From positions 8,184,001 through 8,248,000 of the forward strand of contig CM102289.1 in NCBI GenBank assembly GCA_046563655.1: a stretch of DNA of 64,000 nucleotides. Direction: 5' to 3'. This document shows, in pieces, positions 24,620 through 36,526 of this stretch. Position 1 is the first letter of the stretch, and the number at the start of each line of letters is the position of its first letter. This DNA is from Yuukianura sp. NJ FZ-2021. Taxonomy: Eukaryota. Below the pieces are notes generated by a model that had not been told where the DNA came from, did not search any database, and saw only the letters and a list, made by a program, of their open reading frames with translations. Both the position numbers and the translations under genes were made by a program.

Positions 24620-25554
24620 ATTGACTGGCGCTACTGAAATTTATTTAAAAACTTCTATAAGAATATTTCCAAAAAGAATTTACTTTTGGAGAGAATTGGC
24701 CAATTTCTAGACTTGCTTTTCTTGCTTGGATGTCTTTGTTGTTCTTTGTTTGTCCAGTAACTTAAAACAAGAGTTGCACGCCAAGCCAACAACGAATTTT
24801 CTTTTGTTCTGGAATGAAAAAAAAAACGAAAATAATCACCAGCACGAAATTGCCGTTGTTACTTCTAATGATCACACGCAATTCCTACCTGGATAATGAC
24901 ATTCACATGAACAATAGCTGCGACTTTAATAGCTAATGAAACCTAATTAACGAGACTGCGTCAGTAAAATTGTGTGACCCCTGACTCACCTAAGCTTTTC
25001 ACAATGTGGTGTAATTACAAAGAATATGAAATTAATGAAATGACGAGAAAACGACTAGCAGAAGTTCTTACAAAGAATTGACGGTGACGTTGCCTAATAG
25101 AAAGTCGCCTCTATTTCTTGTGCTCCGCTGAACTACTTTGGGAGAGCGATGAGGGACGATGCCACCACGGCCAAACGATGAACACCTTCCACTAAGGTCT
25201 GGTGGTTGGAGGCAATTTTGGCAATGGATACTGGCAAACTTCTGTAACAATTGAAACGAATCCCCACCCAACTCAACTTGAAATGCACACGAGTCAACGT
25301 ATGAAATACAAAAACGAATTCCAATTTGGGATAGGCTTAACTTTTACAATACGACATAGCCAGTATTTTTTAGGATTAGTATTTGTAATTCTAATAATAT
25401 CCACCCTAAATACAAAAGAAGTTGTAAATAAACACAATAAACAAAGACAAAACGATGAAAAACTTCGCTCTGACTTTTGAACCGTCGTCGACGGATGCTG
25501 CAAAAGAACTGCTAAAAACTACAAGGAATATTTCTTTGAAATTTTAAATAATAA

Positions 25555-27360
25555 AAAGTTTTTGAAAATTAAAATGAAATTTTGAAATTTTATATCTCGT
25601 GAACGGAAAGCGATTGAGTCCTAATCTCTTCGCGAAAAACTTTCAAAAAATATGAAGAATTTTTAGGAATGCTAAAAACTCCAAAAGCGAACATCAACTT
25701 TTTCGTCAAATTTTGAAAAAAACCATGGACTATAGTCCATGGATTTTTTCGAAATTTGGTCAAAATCTGAGGGTACCTTTTTATAATTTCTAAAAATACT
25801 ATATATTTTTGTGAATTCAGGGGCGAAGAGTTTACCTCTCTATCACTTTCCGTTCCTGAGATATGAATTTTGAAAGTTTTTGAAAATTAAAATGAAATTT
25901 TGAAATTTTATATCTCGTGAACGGAAAGCGATTGAGTCCTAATCTCTTCGCGAAAAACTTTCAAAAAATATGAAGAATTTTTAGGAATGCTAAAAACTCC
26001 AAAAGCGAACATCAACTTTTTCGTCAAATTTTGAAAAAAACCATGGACTATAGTCCATGGATTTTTTCGAAATTTGGTCAAAATCTGAGGGTACCTTTTT
26101 ATAATTTCTAAAAATACTATATATTTTTGTGAATTCAGGGGCGAAGAGTTTACCTCTCTATCACTTTCCGTTCCTGAGATATGAATTTTGAAAGTTTTTG
26201 AAAATTAAAATGAAATTTTGAAATTTTATATCTCGTGAACGGAAAGCGATTGAGTCCTAATCTCTTCGCGAAAAACTTTCAAAAAATATGAAGAATTTTT
26301 AGGAATGCTAAAAACTCCAAAAGCGAACATCAAGTTTTTCGTCAAATTTTGAAAAAAACCATGGACTATAGTCCATGGATTTTTTCGAAATTTGGTCAAA
26401 ATCTGAGGGTACCTTTTTATAATTTCTAAAAATACTATATATTTTTGTGAATTCAGGGGCGAAGAGTTTACCTCTCTATCACTTTCCGTTCCTGAGATAT
26501 GAATTTTGAAAGTTTTTGAAAATTAAAATGAAATTTTGAAATTTTATATCTCGTGAACGGAAAGCGATTGAGTCCTAATCTCTTCGCGAAAAACTTTCAA
26601 AAAATATGAAGAATTTTTAGGAATGCTAAAAACTCCAAAAGCGAACATCAACTTTTTCGTCAAATTTTGAAAAAAACCATGGACTATAGTCCATGGATTT
26701 TTTCGAAATTTGGTCAAAATCTGAGGGTACCTTTTTATAATTTCTAAAAATACTATATATTTTTGTGAATTCAGGGGCGAAGAGTTTACCTCTCTATCAC
26801 TTTCCGTTCCTGAGATATGAATTTTGAAAGTTTTTGAAAATTAAAATGAAATTTTGAAATTTTATATCTCGTGAACGGAAAGCGATTGAGTCCTAATCTC
26901 TTCGCGAAAAACTTTCAAAAAATATGAAGAATTTTTAGGAATGCTAAAAACTAAAAAAGCGAACATCAAGTTTTTCGTCAAATTTTGAAAAAAAACCATG
27001 GACTATAGTCCATGGATTTTTTCGAAATTTGGTCAAAATCTGAGGGTACCTATTTATAATTTCCAAAAATACTATATATTTTTGTGAATTCAGGGGCGAA
27101 GAGTTTACCTCTCTATCACTTGCCGTTCCAGAGATATGAATTTTGAAAGTTTTTGAAAATTAAAATGAAATTTTGAAATTTTATATCTCGCGAACGGGAA
27201 GCGATTGAGTCCTAATCTCTTCGCGAAAAACTTTCAAAAAATATGAAGAATTTTTAGGAATGCTAAAAACTAAAAAAGCGAACATCAACTTTTTCGTCAA
27301 ATTTTGAAAAAAACAATGGACTATAGTCCATGGATTTCCCTTCCTGAGATATGGATTTTC
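25555..27360. repeat. Tandem array of a 318-bp monomer (5 full copies plus one internally deleted copy); each monomer is an imperfect inverted repeat
   Basis: tgaaaattaaaatg recurs at 25563, 25881, 26199, 26517, 26835 and 27154 (period 318, last 319). Perfect palindrome ccatggactatagtccatgg at 25723, 26041, 26359, 26677, 26996, with a mutated copy at 27314. Confidence 0.97.
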
Positions 27361-27866
27361 CAAAAAATATAAAAGTAGTTTTAATAGATGAAAAAGTTCA
27401 GGGATTAATCCCTTCAAAAGGCATCACTTTTTTACTCAACTTTTTCACATTGACCATGAAAACAAAAATTTCAATCATCAAAATGTCGGATATCTTTCTT
27501 AAAATTTTCAGAAATACTACTTATTTTTAGAAAAGTTTAAAACTACAACTTCCATTTTAGTATTATTCAATCCTTTGGGCACGATGAAACATCACGTCCA
27601 TTTCGCAGCTTTTAATTTTCACGATAGGTTAGCACGAGAATTGCTTCTAAGGATTTCTGTGTCGTTTGATTGCAATCTGTTCCCCCATCGTAACTATTCC
27701 ATTTCCAATAACTTCATAAATTAGAGTACATACGTTGTTGCCTACACAAAATACTTGTCTACCGAGTAAAACGAATTTAGTACAGTTGTAACATTCAAAG
27801 ACGAAACTCGCATGGAAAGCGTAGCTTTCCAGTGTCGAACTATAAGAAGGTAACAAAGATTTAGGT

Positions 27867-29474
27867 ATGGAAAATCAAACAGACGTCGGCGTCACAACGT
27901 GTGGACAGTACTTGACAGGTGACACGGCTTACGTCCTCTTCAATTGCGTCATTTTGCTGTTGATGATACCGGGATTTAGCTTCTTCTACAGTGGACAAAC
28001 GCAGATAGGAAGTTCAGTTACTATTCTTGCACTACCGTTCTTGTCAATTGTTATAATTACCTTGCAATGGTGGCTGGTTGGCCATTCCTTAGCATTTAGC
28101 AAAACATCGAGTTGGTTTATCGGAGATTTCTCAAACGTATTTCTTCAAGGCGTCTATGATTGCACCAATCCAGAGGCTCCAAAGGTTCCTGAGATGGTTT
28201 TTAGCTTATACCAGTGCATTACTGCCATGATTCCTGCAGTGATCCTCATTGGAGCCGTCGCAGAGAGAGGCAGAGTGTTTCCTGCCGCCATATTCATACT
28301 GCTCTGGACGACGCTCGTCTATGATGTCGTTTGTTACTGGTCGTTGAATCCAAATGGCTGGTCATTTCGGATGGGCCGTAAGTTCAAGCATAGAGGTTTT
28401 CCTGGAATTGAAATTTTGATTTTAGTAAGATTAACTTAGCGTGTTTATAGTTTTAGATTATGGCGGGGCTAGTCCCGTTCACGTACCTGCTGGAATGACT
28501 GCCATTGCGATTACCAGAATTGTCTCCTACCCATCTAGTCAAAGCGCTGCGTGCCCACATGGAATTCGTTGTGCGAATCAAGTAGTCTTTGGAACCATAT
28601 TGATTTGGCTTGGCAGTTTTGGAAACATGGCGGGTGGCGGTTATAAACGAATCGAAATAAAAGTTTCTGAGTGGTGGAAACATCGATTTCTAATGATTTT
28701 GGTATGGTTTTTCAGCAATGTCTGCAAATTCGAGTGGAATTTTTGCTACTGTTGCTGTGGGGCTGGCAGGGAGTTCTGGAGCAATGACTTGGAGTCTCAT
28801 TGAATACTGGTGGCAAAGAAAAGCTTCAGTCCTAGGAAGTTGTAATGGTGCACTGGTCGGCTTGGCAGCGATTACTCCTTGCGGGGGTTTTATTAGTCCA
28901 AGTTCCAGCATTTCAGTTGGAGTCATCACTGCGATTGTCTGTTACGTCGCTACTCAACTGAAAGAAAAATACAAGTTCAATGACGTCATGGAAATCGTTG
29001 TTATACATGGTGTCAGCGGGGCTGTGGGCAGTATTCTAACAGTATGTCTAAACGCTTCATAAATTTCCATTAATAAGCGGAAATGATTTTCTTCCTTCGC
29101 ACAATTACCTAATTTGGAATGCGTTTAACCAGGGCATTCTATCACAAAACGTTTATGGCGGGAAGGGGCTGGAAGAGGACCAAAATGGGGGCTGGATGGA
29201 CGGAAACTGGATTCAAGTTCCAATCCAATTGCTGGACATAATCGCTGCTGGAGCCTGGAGTTTTTCGGTTTCTTACATAATTTTATTTACTTTCACTAAA
29301 ATTAAATTTTTGAAACTCCGAGTTTCCGAGCAAGTGGAATTGGCCGGCTTAGATAAGTTTGAAGCTACCGAAGATTCCTTTGAGCGTCAAATTTTCGAAA
29401 CTTTGAAATCCGAACTAATGATACGAGAGAAAACTCATTCCAAATTGCCAATAATTACGATAGAGTTAGAGTAG
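27867..29474 (+). CDS. Ammonium transporter family protein, MEP/AmtB-type (fungal-like); 4 exons, about 455 aa
   Basis: Exons 27867-28377, 28451-28639, 28716-29041 and 29133-29474 join in frame. Motifs: GDTAY..LMIPGFSFFYSG, QWWLVGHSLAFS..FIGD, GAVAERGR, NPNGWSFRMG, LDYGGASPVH, GLAAITPCGGF, VIHGVSGAVGSILTG, LRVSEQVELAGLD. Confidence 0.92.
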
Positions 29475-30923
29475 TTTGCAAAATATTTGATTCCTAAAGA
29501 CCAAGGTTTTCCAAATTCTTATCGTAAATGTTTCGAAAATTGCAATAAAATAAATAACCTCATCATGTAGTTTATCAGTTCTTTCGTTTTCCTTCCTGTT
29601 TATGATCCATCTTACTTCTTAATACTCTCTTAAAAATTGTTTCAGCGAAAACCTCGAATGATTAAAGAAAGTAGGTCAATTCGATAAGGAGGTGATGAGT
29701 TCCTATCAGTATAAGACGTGCAACGGTGGAGTCAAGGAGAAATTTGTCATTCTGTTGACTTTTTTAAGTGGTAATAGCAAATTAATTGAACAATTAATAC
29801 AATTAGCAGTTAGATAATCATTGCCACGTTCCCCATAAAAACTACCCTATCAAAATTTTAAAACAAAAGTGTTGGAAATTCAATACAGTGTGAGGTACAC
29901 GAATGACCTTATTCTGCTCTCGTACTCTTTGTGAGGAAAGTTGCTGAAGGGCAAACTTTCGCCCCGAATCATTTTGGTTATATCCCACTTTTGCTGTAAA
30001 ACCTAGGTTTTTGGGGTACTATATCGGAATTCGCAAAAAAAAATGGCAGTTATAAAAAGTTCACAAAAATTTTGCAGGAAGGTTTCGCTGTAACAAAGTT
30101 GCAAAAAATGTAGACAATTTACCGTTAAGTCACTTTAGGCGTGACACATTCAGTCGTCTTTTGTTGACGTATTTAAAGTGGATTAAACCAGCGTTACTTT
30201 AACTGAGTTCTTTTGTTTAAACATTTAACGACACCGAAGTGTGATAAAAATTTGAAACAATGGCCTTGTTAAGTTTAGTATCTTAAGAGTTCTTCCTGCG
30301 ACAAGGGTAAGTTTCTAAATAAGTTTCACAACTAAAAGTTAATGTACTTGGTAACGTTATAAAATAGTGTATGTTCAAGCGCAATTTCATGTAACTATAC
30401 ACCGGGGTGGGTCAAGTAACTCTAAACTAAACAAACTACGTTTAGCCAAAGCGTCCAAGTCGATAAACTGCAAGAATTTAATTCTGAGAAAAAATTGTAC
30501 CCAGAAACCTAATTAGTAAATTAAATTAGCGTTTCCTTGGATCCTCTAACACCATTAGTTTTTGCACTCCCAGTACATCGCCCTAGGACGTCTCAGTTCG
30601 TGGTTTGTGGTTTCGATAATTCTGTAAAGCAGAATCAGATAGACATATTTTTAACAATTTACCGCAAATCAGATCTTCCGCACTCACAGAAACTGTTATT
30701 TCAGATACCGAAAAGCCTGTGAACCCAGAAACCAAGTCACAAACAAACAATGCCAGGAAGTCATTCAACATCAGAACCAGGCTCAACAACGGAATTAGCA
30801 TTCCTTGCAGGTTCCTCTTAAATGGAGCAATTCGCACTTAAGTTACCTGCTGAAAACAACGCTACCTGGACAGTGAACAGAAACAAGGTCTAAATTGTTG
30901 CAAAAATCAACTAAATTTTCAAG

Positions 30924-33900
30924 ATGCCGGACAGAAGTACTATTTCTCAATTTCTTCGTCCAAGGAATTTACGCGTAATCGTCGTAGCTCTAGCAGTTGG
31001 ATCCCTTCTTCTTACTGTTGTTTACATTTTCGGTGGACTATTTCTAATTGAAGAATCGTCACCTACAATTCAAGCACGTCTAGAGCCAAAACTTGGTTCC
31101 ACGGAAGACGGGATTCAACTTAACGATATTTCTAGTCATAGCGTTGATTCCGTCGAAAGAGCGCGTGCTTATTGGAATGATACTGGAGACTATGACAAAC
31201 CGGGTACCTGTCGTCCAATTCCAGAGTTTACACCGGAATTGGACAGCAACAAAATTTATCCGTCTCTTGGATTTGATGTAAGACAGTTCCTAAAGACATA
31301 ACATTTTCAAAGTTGTGCAAAAATTCTAACTCATTCTAACAATTTTTAGGATAGCTGGGTAGGTGGAAAGGACTACTGGAACACATTTTTTGAAGAGAGA
31401 TACAAAAAAGTGAAGGAATCGAACGCTACGCCGTACTTGAAAGTTTTCGTAATTCCGCATTCCCATACAGATCCTGGATGGCTACTAACTTTCGAAGGCT
31501 ACTTTGAACAAAAAGTTCGCAATATCATTGACAATGCAGTGGACAAATTGGAAGAACTTCCGATGATGAAATTTCAGTTAAGTGAAATTTCATTTTTGGC
31601 TAAATGGTACAAGTATGCCCATCCTTCCAGGAGAGATACGCTTAAAAAATTAGTCAAAGAGGGGAGACTGGAAATTGCAACTGGTGGATGGACAATGACA
31701 GTAAGTCAAATATCGTTATAAACGAAAAACCAAACAACAATTCAACACCACAAAATAAATTTTGTCCAGGACGAAGCTGGAGTAAATTTGTATTCCATGA
31801 TTGACCAACTCGTAGAAGGACATCAATGGGTCAAAACACATCTAGACGTCATACCAAAAACTTCTTGGTCCATCGATCCGTTCGGTACAACCATATAAAT
31901 TTTGAAACGGGGATATCCAATGTTATAATGAATCTTCTGTGCAGGTCATGGTTCAACATTCCCGTATATTTTAAACGCTGCCGGACTGGACGGAATGATA
32001 ATTCAAGTCAGTAAACCATTCCACATTCGTTAATCAATTGGTTTAGTATAGAATATAGATTTATATGCTACTTTCTCCTACAGCGAATCCACTACGCCTG
32101 GAAGAAATACTTTGCGGAACACCAGAAAGGCGACTTTAAGTGGGTGCAGCGATGGGATTCCGGAAATAAACATAGCATACTTTGTCATAACGCTCCGTTT
32201 GACATTTACTCCATCAAACATTCATGCGTAAGAATCTCACATCAACAATAGTCGTACTTTGGAATTTTCAAAATTTAAAAAAGAAATTTTTGATTCTGTC
32301 CTTACAGGGTCCCACACCGCAAGTACGTTTTGCAAAAAAATTCTTCTATCGATCGAATGTTTTCAGAAAATCTAACACTCGTCTATTTTTGGTTCCAGAT
32401 TTGCCTGAATTTCGACTTTCGGAGCATTATTGATGAATACGCAGAAAATTCTTACATAATGCAGCCTATTACCAAGAATAATCTGAAAGATAAAGCAGAA
32501 CTTCTTTTAGAACAGTATGCAAGGGCAGCATCTCTATTTCCACATAACGTAGCTCTGGTATCGCTGGGCGACGATTTCCGCTACAACCATGCCATTGAGT
32601 GGAACCAACAGTACTACAACTATTTAGCTCTCTTTAACTACATAAATGCTCACAAGGATAAGTACAAGGCGGAACTTCAATTTGGGACAATTTCAGACTA
32701 CTTCAAGGTAACAATTGCACACAACTCTACCATATAACTGTGTTGTAAAAAGCTAAAAGTTTGCAATGACTTAGGCCGTACGCCAACGGACATCGACATT
32801 CCCAACATTTTCTGGAGACTTCTTCGTTTACAGTGACATTTTCAGCGAAGGTCGTCCAGCATACTGGAGCGGCTACTTTGGAACACGTCCCTACTGGAAG
32901 AAGTTCTACCGGGAAACTGAAAATGCTGTCCGAAGTGCTGAAATTTTGTATACCATTGCCACCGCCCATGCACGACAAAATAAACAGATCAACACCCTGG
33001 TAATCATGAATCGTGAATACGAACATTTGGAAGTTGCCAGACAATGGTTAGCTCTGTTTTCACATCACGATGCTGTTACTGGGACGAGCAAGGTACTATG
33101 ACTTTTCTGCAAAGATTCAAAAAAGAAGTTTAAAACTAAAACTGATTTGTGAAATTAGGCAAACACAATGGACGATTATGGACACAAGCTTCTGGAAGCA
33201 AAACAGAATAGCCTAAAAATTCAACAACTCGCAATAAATTCTCTCCTATTTGGTGGAAATGAACATTCTCACCTGTCCATGGATAATGAACAAGCCACAT
33301 TTGAACTGCTACCGAAAAAAGTTCCACTGAAATTGACCAACGACACTGTGCAAGAGAAGAAAGTCATTCTGTTCAACAACTTAGGCTGGAAGAGAAGTCA
33401 TTTAGCAAAGGTCATCATAACTACGCCGCACGTTAGAGTCATTGGACCTAATGGAGAACCCATAGCATCACAAGTAACGTTAACCTATCTTTAAACTTAA
33501 CAATTTCTTAACTCTGCGGTTAACTGATGCCAAGATGCCATTTTTTCAGTTAAATCCAATCATGGATCTTAGTGGCCCAACGCCGGCCATTTCCCCGTCA
33601 ACTTTTGAACTGTCGTTCATTGCCTCACTTCCACCACTGTCAATTTCAACTTTCACCATAAAGAAAACGTTACCAGGAAGTGAAAATATGGCCATTCCAG
33701 CATCTGTATACTGTGCAAATTGCACAGGGTTACGTGGTTTGTTTGAAATCAATTCCTTTGAGGTAAAAAACACTCTACAATATTTGAAATGAAATTAAAA
33801 TTTAAAACTGAGCTGAATTGTTTAAAAGGCTGGAAATATTCAACTCACAAGCGACAGAGTACAACTGCTGTTCGACCGTAGTACTGGATTTCTCCTTGGA

Positions 33901-35176
33901 ATCAAAATGCTAAACGACAACATTGCAATAAATTCAAAACTAAGTTACGGATCCTACAAATCGATTGAGTTCAGAAGCGGAGCGTATCTCTTAAAAGTGG
34001 ATACCAGAAGCGTACCAGAGGTAAGAAAATCGCAACTTAAACGATTTTAACATTACACTAATAAACTAATGGACCACTGACAATGCTTCTGGGTTGCAGC
34101 CGATTCCATTTTCAGCAGAAAGCACAAAAATCTTCATCATCTCTGGACAACTTTTCTCAGAACTGTCGGTAGCAAGTGACCCACTTCTAACTTCCACACA
34201 AATCATGCATGCCGGTGGACTTCCATTTGAAGATGGAATTTATATCCAAAACAAGATCAATCTTGGACGAAGGAAAGGCGAAATCTTTATGCGATTCGAC
34301 ACAGATCTGGATTCCAGAACGACTGCAACTGACGGCGACGTTGTTGGCCCCACTCCTACGTTCTACACAGATCAAAATGGATTTACAATTGAAAAGCGAA
34401 CAAAAGTATCAAAAATTAACCTGGAAGGAAACTATTACCCAGTCAATACGGTATCATACCTACAAGATGAGTCTCAGGGGATCCGTTTCTCAGTGCTCGT
34501 TGACAGAGCACACGGATTCTCTTCATATGAAAATGGACGTCTAGAAACGTTAATAGAACGACGTACGGTTTACGACGATGCTAGAGGAATGGGGGAAGGA
34601 GTTACGGACAACCGCGAAACGATTTCAAACTATGTGATATTGGTAGAAAAAATACTGCCATCTTCGGAACAAACCAGTGGAAATGGTTACCATAACCTAG
34701 TACCGACGATAACTGTTCATCATACCTCCCTAGCTCTAAACTATCCGCCATCTTTGTTTGTCCTGGACTATGAAAACTTCCCAAAGAAGTTCCCATTGTC
34801 ACAAGTGACGACTCTTCTATCCAAACAACTTCCTTGCGACACCCATCTAATCAATGTCAGAACAATGTCAGAGGATAAGAAATACGACGTCGACACAATT
34901 CTACCATCAAGAAAGGCGTTACTGATTGTCCAGAAATTGGCGTACTATTGCAAGTCTGGGGAAACTAATAAGAATACTACGAGTAATTGTGGTGCTGAAA
35001 ACGGAAGGAACTCTAGATTCTTCTACACAGGGACAACGTTGACCAGAGTCAACGTTCGGAAGTTGACGGAGACTGCTCTCACAGGAATTGACAACAGTAC
35101 CTTTAGAGATATTAGACGTTTAGAAGATGTGAGAGGGGACCCCTTCCAAATCAAGAGTATAATGCTTCAGTTTTAA
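30924..35176 (+). CDS. MAN2A: Golgi alpha-mannosidase II family (GH38), type II membrane protein; multi-exon
   Basis: N-terminal TM anchor; [17 protein letters not shown] (Zn ligands), [22 protein letters not shown] (nucleophile), [58 protein letters not shown]. Confidence 0.95.
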
Positions 35177-35551
35177 AGTATTTAGTTTTCATAAAAACCG
35201 TGTGAGAACGATAGTTGAATAGTAATCTATAATTCTAAGCAAAGCTAAATCCAAATATTAAGACCCTGCAAGTGCTAAGTGTGTACCTTAACCTCACAAA
35301 TAACGAGTCTCTCCAGCCTAACCATGATACAGTCGAGGAGTAATTATAATTTTAACGTTTTAACGAAAACTATAAATTAAAGAATCGTCTATGAAACTAA
35401 ACCATTGGGCCGGGCTACTCTTTCATTAATCCTTGTAAATCTAAAGGCATCACCAATCACGCAGCAGCGACCAATCATAACGCAGAGGTAAGTTAAGCAG
35501 TGTGCACAGATACTATGATGTAATCAAAAGTGTAAATACCCGTCGCCAGTT

Positions 35552-36238
35552 TTAGAAATCAGTGACTCTGCCTTTCCGTTCCCAGTCGCCGTATCTTGTA
35601 GGTTCCGGACCCCTCGGTCTAAAAAAAATATCGCTAAATTGTTGGGTACCGACGTCGTAATAGTATTAATCAGTGTTGGTATTAGTCTTACCCTCCTATT
35701 TCACCAGTTTCGGGATTAGTATTGTTTGGAAACGGTATCAGAGGTTCCTTTTCACGATATGGATGCTGTCCTTCTTCCAACTCGTCAAGTTTACCTAAAA
35801 ATGATTGTACAAAAGTGAATACGTCGTCCAGACTAAGAAATGCTAAAGAATAACGCTCCTCAAGAGTTCCCGTCGTATCAAACACTTGCTAGTAGTATAG
35901 ATACCGGCAACCGGATAACCATGTCATACCATCGCACATGTCCAATTCGCCAATTCAGAACTATTTCATAATTTTATGATTATAAACTTTATTATTCATT
36001 TACCGATTGGTGTTTTGACCTTCTTTGGCTGCTGCGACGTATTTTCAGAGCGAAGGTCACCGGATCTGGTAGTGCTGGAGGTTGACATTGACACTGCTCT
36101 TCCGGTTCCGTGTACACGTTGTAATCGTGGGAGATCCGCCGTCGTCCAGCGAAGCCTATTCAGCGAAGTCCGATGCAGTCCACTCTGGGTCCGGACGGCG
36201 ATTGAAAACGATGACCAAGCTGCCATTAAATTCACCAT
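35552..36238 (-). CDS. SDHAF4: Succinate dehydrogenase assembly factor 4 (Sirup/Sdh8 family), 134 aa, 3 exons
   Basis: Exons 36238-36004, 35794-35692 and 35618-35552 join to ...[60 protein letters not shown], the family signature C-terminus. The Arg/Ser-rich N-terminus fits a mitochondrial presequence. The last exon is missing from the ORF track. Confidence 0.95.
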
Positions 36239-36526
36239 GATTAATTGATTACCCTAAATCAAATGTGCCGTTCGTTGCCGTCCCTCCTTCCTTCCTCTTC
36301 TTCATAAAAAGATTCAACTCCGGAAACAGCTGATTAAACAGTTTACAACATCAAAAAGACAAACATTCAATAGTAAACAAAACACCTCGCAGGTGACAGA
36401 TAAGAGAGCTCACCGCGCGAGTGGTAGCGGTAAACCGTGCGCTAAAACGTAAAGTTTTGTGTGCGCATTCGCAAACTCCCGAGATACAAACAAGAGACGT
36501 ACATAAAGAATTTAACAACAGGGTAA

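Noticed and set aside
25068..25503. Cluster of short overlapping ORFs upstream of the array, as a possible gene or transposase remnant
   Set aside because: No recognisable motif, and the frames do not join through plausible splice sites.
25555..27360. CRISPR-like appearance (regularly spaced palindromes)
   Set aside because: The sequences between palindromes are near-identical ~300-bp copies, not unique spacers; there are no cas genes and the context is eukaryotic.
27181..27417. 78-aa minus-strand ORF
   Set aside because: Lies in the last satellite unit; chance ORF.
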